DNA from: a virus
Strand: one strand, 5' to 3'
DNA length: 42,453 bases
IMG/VR virus record: IMGVR_UViG_3300015199_000001
Coordinates: 1-42,453 of that record
The stretch's first letter is position 1, and the number at the start of each line of letters is the position of its first letter. Below the pieces are notes generated by a model that saw nothing but the letters and a program-made list of their open reading frames with translations, made no database searches and was not told the DNA's origin. A program made the position numbers and the translations under genes. Below, piece by piece: positions 38,709-42,453 of this stretch.

Positions 38709-39601
38709 TGGGCGGCGGCAGTAAAACGACCAACACGACGAGCAGTGCGAACGGCTCCGCTCAGGCGTGGGCGATGCCCTATGCCAAGCAGGGCGCCGGA
38801 TCGGTCCAGGGCGTCTTCGATCAGGCGCAGCCGGGGTTACAGGGTCTGACGAACACGGCCCAGAACGACCTCGTTCCAAACCTTGTCGGCCAATATCATG
38901 GCGGCATGGGCGCGGCACAGCAGGCGACCAACCACTACGGTAACGTCCTGTCCGGTCAATACATGAACGGCAACCCGTATTTGCAACAGATGATTAACCG
39001 CTCGAACAGCGACATTCAGGATCGGGTGAATGGTCAGTATTCGATGAACGGGCGCTATGGCTCGGAAGCGCACGACCAAGTGCTTAGCCGTGAACTGGCG
39101 AACAACGAAAACCAGTATCGCTATCAGAACTACACCACCGAAGCCGGGCGCATGGACAATGCGGCGCAAGGCGCGGGTCAGCAGAACCTCGCCAATGTCG
39201 CCCAGGCCTTGGCTGGCATCGGGCAGGGCGCGCAACTACCCTACACCGGGTCGTCAAGCCTCGCCAATTCAATGGGCGCGCTGTTTAACGGCGGCACGTC
39301 GCAGGGCAAGGAAGTGAAGAAGGGGCCGGGGCTATTGCAGTCGCTTATCCAGGCCGGCTCCAATGCCGCAGCCGCTTACGCCCAATCGGGCTGCGACATT
39401 CGCCTGAAAGAAAACATCGTCCTCAACCACGTCGATCCTGACGGGCTGGCGTTCTACGACTTCACCTACAAGCCCGAGTTTGGGCTGGCCGAGGGTATCC
39501 AGACGAACCTTCCGATGGCGCAGGACGTGGCGAAACTTCGCCCGTGGGCGCTCGGGACGGGTTGGAACGGTTACATGACCATCTATCCGGGGAAGCTGTA
39601 A
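38708..39601 (+). CDS. Q/N/G-rich fibre- or needle-like virion protein with C-terminal S74-type intramolecular chaperone domain
   Basis: TAATG-coupled start MGGGSKTTNT. The C-terminus GCDIRLKENIV...LPMAQDVAKLRPWAL...GYMTIYPGKL matches the S74 pattern SDxRxKxNI...GxIAQEV..v.P. Confidence 0.5.
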   Translation: MGGGSKTTNTTSSANGSAQAWAMPYAKQGAGSVQGVFDQAQPGLQGLTNTAQNDLVPNLVGQYHGGMGAAQQATNHYGNVLSGQYMNGNPYLQQMINRSNSDIQDRVNGQYSMNGRYGSEAHDQVLSRELANNENQYRYQNYTTEAGRMDNAAQGAGQQNLANVAQALAGIGQGAQLPYTGSSSLANSMGALFNGGTSQGKEVKKGPGLLQSLIQAGSNAAAAYAQSGCDIRLKENIVLNHVDPDGLAFYDFTYKPEFGLAEGIQTNLPMAQDVAKLRPWALGTGWNGYMTIYPGKL

Positions 39602-39602
39602 G

Positions 39603-40565
39603 ATGCCCCTGCCGCGCGGACTCCGCAACAATAACCCGCTTAACCTCACGCAAAGCCCGTGGACGAGCAAACAATCGGGCTATGCCGGAACGGACGCGGG
39701 CGGGCGCTACGCCCGTTTTAACACGCCGGAAGATGGCATCGCCGCAGCCGGTCAGTTGCTCCATAGCTATATGTCGCGCGGTTATAACACACCGGCCTCA
39801 ATTGTTGGCCGCTGGGCGCCGTCATCGGAAAACGGCCCATCGACCAACAACTATACCAATTATGTCTCGCAGCAATTGGGGGTGCAACCGAACACTCAGC
39901 TCTCGGACAACCAGGTTACGCCGCTTGTCACGGCAATGGGCCAGTTCGAGAATGGCCGCCAGAACTCGGCTGGCATGATCCGCCCGCAAAAGCCCCAACC
40001 CGCCCCGGCCCTCGCCCCCGACATTGCCCCAAGCGTTGCGGGTTACGGCATGGGCGACCAGATGCCATTGCAAAGCGGGCTGGACACGACTGTCGGCAAG
40101 CTGCCCGCTGGCCCGCCCAAGTTCTTTAGCAAGAACGGCGCGGCGCCCTACCTATTCTCGGCAATCGGGGATGCGTTCGCGATACACAATGACCAAGAGC
40201 CCACCGGCGTCAAGAACATCATGGCCATGAACGCCGACGACAAAAAGCAATCGTTCGACCGCGAAAAGTGGAACGCGGAGCTGGAACTTGAACGCCAGAA
40301 GATGCTTGAGCCCCCCGCCGATTTCCAGACCGCTGACTATTACAACAAGCTGCCTCAGCCGCAACAGCAGTCGTTCCTCGCCGCGCGGGACAGCATTGCG
40401 CCGATTGTGGCTGATTATGTCGATGGCGCGGGCGTCACCCATAAGGGCGTCTATTCGCGCACAGACCACGCATTTGCTGGCGGCGGCGACACTCAAGTCA
40501 TTGACGGCAAGACCTACCAACTTGTCGGCGGCCAATGGCACCTAGTTCCAACGGGGGCAATGTAA
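39603..40565 (+). CDS. Virion protein with N-terminal RNNNP(L/G)N-motif domain (possible cell-wall-directed)
   Basis: LRNNNPLNLTQSPW..GYAG..GRYARFNTPEDGIAAAGQLLHSYMSRGYNTPASIVGRWAPSSEN resembles a conserved phage structural domain (from memory). Confidence 0.4.
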   Translation: MPLPRGLRNNNPLNLTQSPWTSKQSGYAGTDAGGRYARFNTPEDGIAAAGQLLHSYMSRGYNTPASIVGRWAPSSENGPSTNNYTNYVSQQLGVQPNTQLSDNQVTPLVTAMGQFENGRQNSAGMIRPQKPQPAPALAPDIAPSVAGYGMGDQMPLQSGLDTTVGKLPAGPPKFFSKNGAAPYLFSAIGDAFAIHNDQEPTGVKNIMAMNADDKKQSFDREKWNAELELERQKMLEPPADFQTADYYNKLPQPQQQSFLAARDSIAPIVADYVDGAGVTHKGVYSRTDHAFAGGGDTQVIDGKTYQLVGGQWHLVPTGAM

Positions 40566-42453
40566 TGCAACTAGTGACCGACCCCGCATTGCTGGCGCGC
40601 TTGAACGCCGGGCGTAACAACGTGGTCAAGGCCGCGCCGTCGCCCGATCCCAAGTTCATCCCAGGGGCGCCGGGCTACGTCTATGACCCCAAGAAAAACA
40701 CTGCGGTTCCCATCGCCAACGCGCCGCCCGAAAAGTCCACTGTCCCCGTCGGCTACCGCACGGTCAAGGGCGGCAGGCTTGAGCCGATCCCAGGCGGCCC
40801 CGCTGACAAAACCGCCAATGGCGATTCGCTAAGCCCAGAGGCGCTCGACGCGGAAACCGTCAACTGGATATTGACCGGCAAGATGAGTCCGATGGGCATG
40901 GGCAATGGGCCTTTGCGCGTTCAAATTCAGAACAATCGCCCCGTGATAATGCGTAAATACGGCATCACCGAAAACCAATTGCCGGGCGTTCAGCGCCAGT
41001 TCGACGCGGACGCCAAGGCATATAGCCAGCGCGTCTTGCAAACCTCATTTATGCAACAGGCCCGCGACGCGGCGGGGCAGCACGTCGAGCAGATCACGGG
41101 CTACCTCAAGCACCTCCCCGGTCAGACCAGCCTTACGCCGGTGAACGCCGTTACCCTAGCCGCACAACGCGCGACCAGTGGTGAAACTGTTTCCAATCTG
41201 GACGCCACCATGCCGCTGCTCCAGGCTGAGATCGCCAAGATTATGACCGCCAACCCAAGTGGCAGCGGCCAACTGACCGACGAGGCTCGCCGCGAGTTCG
41301 ACATTCTCAATAGCTCGCGTTCGCCCGAGGTTAGGATCAAGGCGATGAACGCCGTTATTGAAATGGCCGACCGCAAGATCGCCGGGACGCAGGCCGAGGC
41401 GGACCGCCTCAACCAGCACATCACGGGCGGACTTTCGAGCTACGGACACGGCGCAATGGGCGCCGGACCGCCAGCACCGCCCCCGCCACCAGCAGCCAAG
41501 GGACCAGGTTTCGCCCCCCCGCCCGGAATGGACGGCGGCACAACCGCTGATAGCGGCCCTTCCGGCACCAAATCTCGCTGGGTGCCAGACCCTAAGATCG
41601 GCGCACAAGTCGATGCGTTTATCCGCAATGGCGTGCCTTACGCCGCCGCGAACGATTGGGCCACCAAGAACGGCGCCGACCCCATCCCGCAAGGCACTTA
41701 CAACCAGTGGCTTAAATACGTCAAAACGCACCCCGCCTCGACCGGCATGGTGGCGGCGGCAAAGCAGTTGCCGCTAACAGACTTCCAGCAGGTCATGGAC
41801 CCAATCTCCCGCTCCGGCCCCGGCTCATTTGCGGCTCATTACGCCAACGCGGCGACTGCTGGCATCCCGTCAATGCTCGCGGGCGACGAGGGGCGCCAAG
41901 CCCTCAACGTTATGGGCGCCACGCATCCGACCCTAAGCGGCATTGGCGACTTTGCCGGTGCCGTCACGGGGACCCTCGGCGGGGGCGCTGCCGTTCGCGG
42001 GGCGGGGAGACTGCTTGGTGGCCGAGCTGCCGCCGCGCTTGCTGCCCCCGGTCGCACAGCGCTTCTGGGCGATCTCGGCTATGGCGGGATGTTCGGCGCT
42101 AATGAAAATCCAGATCACCCGATCCTCGGCGCAGCAGAAGGCGCCGGGGCGATGCTCGCCGGGAACGCTGCCGGTCGCTTCCTTGTGGCCCCTGCGGCTC
42201 GCGCTATCGGCTCAACAGCCATTGCGCAGAAGGGCATCAATGCGGCCCTCGACACGCCACTGGGCCGCATCATGCAAGAGCGGTTCGGCGCTCCCGAGAC
42301 GTTCGACCCCGCCGCCAAGCCCGCCACCCCCGATAACATTCTTTACAAGCAGGCGAACAAATCCGGCATCGACGGCATAAACCAAAATCTGGCCGACGCC
42401 TCCCGGCTTAACCTGCCTTACTCGTTGGCCGATGCCGATCCGCGCCTTCGCAA
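40565..42453 (+). CDS. 5' part of the junction-spanning large virion/ejection protein gene (continues at 1..1373)
   Basis: ATG 40565 overlaps the previous stop (TAATG). No stop codon in this frame to the window end. The frame matches 99..1373 after circularisation. Confidence 0.65.
   Translation, partial: MQLVTDPALLARLNAGRNNVVKAAPSPDPKFIPGAPGYVYDPKKNTAVPIANAPPEKSTVPVGYRTVKGGRLEPIPGGPADKTANGDSLSPEALDAETVNWILTGKMSPMGMGNGPLRVQIQNNRPVIMRKYGITENQLPGVQRQFDADAKAYSQRVLQTSFMQQARDAAGQHVEQITGYLKHLPGQTSLTPVNAVTLAAQRATSGETVSNLDATMPLLQAEIAKIMTANPSGSGQLTDEARREFDILNSSRSPEVRIKAMNAVIEMADRKIAGTQAEADRLNQHITGGLSSYGHGAMGAGPPAPPPPPAAKGPGFAPPPGMDGGTTADSGPSGTKSRWVPDPKIGAQVDAFIRNGVPYAAANDWATKNGADPIPQGTYNQWLKYVKTHPASTGMVAAAKQLPLTDFQQVMDPISRSGPGSFAAHYANAATAGIPSMLAGDEGRQALNVMGATHPTLSGIGDFAGAVTGTLGGGAAVRGAGRLLGGRAAAALAAPGRTALLGDLGYGGMFGANENPDHPILGAAEGAGAMLAGNAAGRFLVAPAARAIGSTAIAQKGINAALDTPLGRIMQERFGAPETFDPAAKPATPDNILYKQANKSGIDGINQNLADASRLNLPYSLADADPRLR
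42327..42453 (+). repeat. Terminal direct repeat copy 2 (identical to 1..127)
   Basis: Read directly from the sequence. Confidence 0.95.

Larger units (their letters stand above)
1..42453. mobile_element. Complete temperate tailed-phage (or excised prophage) genome assembled as a circle; unique length 42,326 bp
   Basis: Exact 127-bp overlap of the two window ends. Integrase, immunity switch, recombination, replication, packaging, capsid, tail and lysis modules are all present. Most genes are start-stop coupled. Confidence 0.85.

Overview
The window is a complete, high-GC (by eye about 60-65%) temperate tailed-phage genome assembled as a circle. The first and last 127 bp are identical, giving a unique length of 42,326 bp, and one large virion gene (40565..42453 joined to 1..1373) runs across the junction.

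The layout is lambda-like. A short XRE-type repressor (15816..16091, minus strand) sits between two divergent promoters that share a 17-bp palindromic operator.

- Leftward arm (15739 down to 8019): many small ORFs, a Rad52-type annealase, an SSB-like protein, an HNH/DUF968-like protein, NinB, a small Xis-position ORF and a tyrosine integrase.
- Rightward arm (16176 onward): Cro-like and CII-like HTH proteins, VRR-NUC, a GNAT, a DnaA-domain-IV-like protein, a replication protein with an internal ori-like iteron block, a DPPY DNA methyltransferase, and then a promoter-plus-terminator unit in front of the late genes.
- Late genes: fibre or receptor-binding genes, a GIY-YIG nuclease, TerS, TerL, portal, scaffold, capsid, tail and ejection proteins, a tail fibre, then a lysis cassette (GH108 endolysin, holin, embedded Rz/Rz1). 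The cassette is interrupted by secreted accessory genes.

No tail tube, sheath or tape-measure chaperone pattern is visible, so a podovirus-like virion is likely. An alphaproteobacterial host is suggested by a NepR-like ORF, an SSB-tail DLDDEIP motif and the GC content.

Most interesting observations:
- a phage-encoded NepR-like anti-sigma ORF, together with an EcfG-consensus promoter nearby;
- two perfect 40-bp direct repeats in front of the spanins;
- a lambda PR'-tR'-like late promoter/terminator unit, which is also a small-RNA candidate;
- a 13-copy in-frame 12-bp tandem repeat;
- a signal-peptide protein made of nine TGxW decapeptides;
- an S74-type chaperone domain with Cys in place of the nucleophile Ser;
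- a GIY-YIG nuclease overlapping the small terminase gene;
- a three-gene T5orf172 cassette next to the integrase.

All functional calls come from motif recognition and gene context only. No searches were run.
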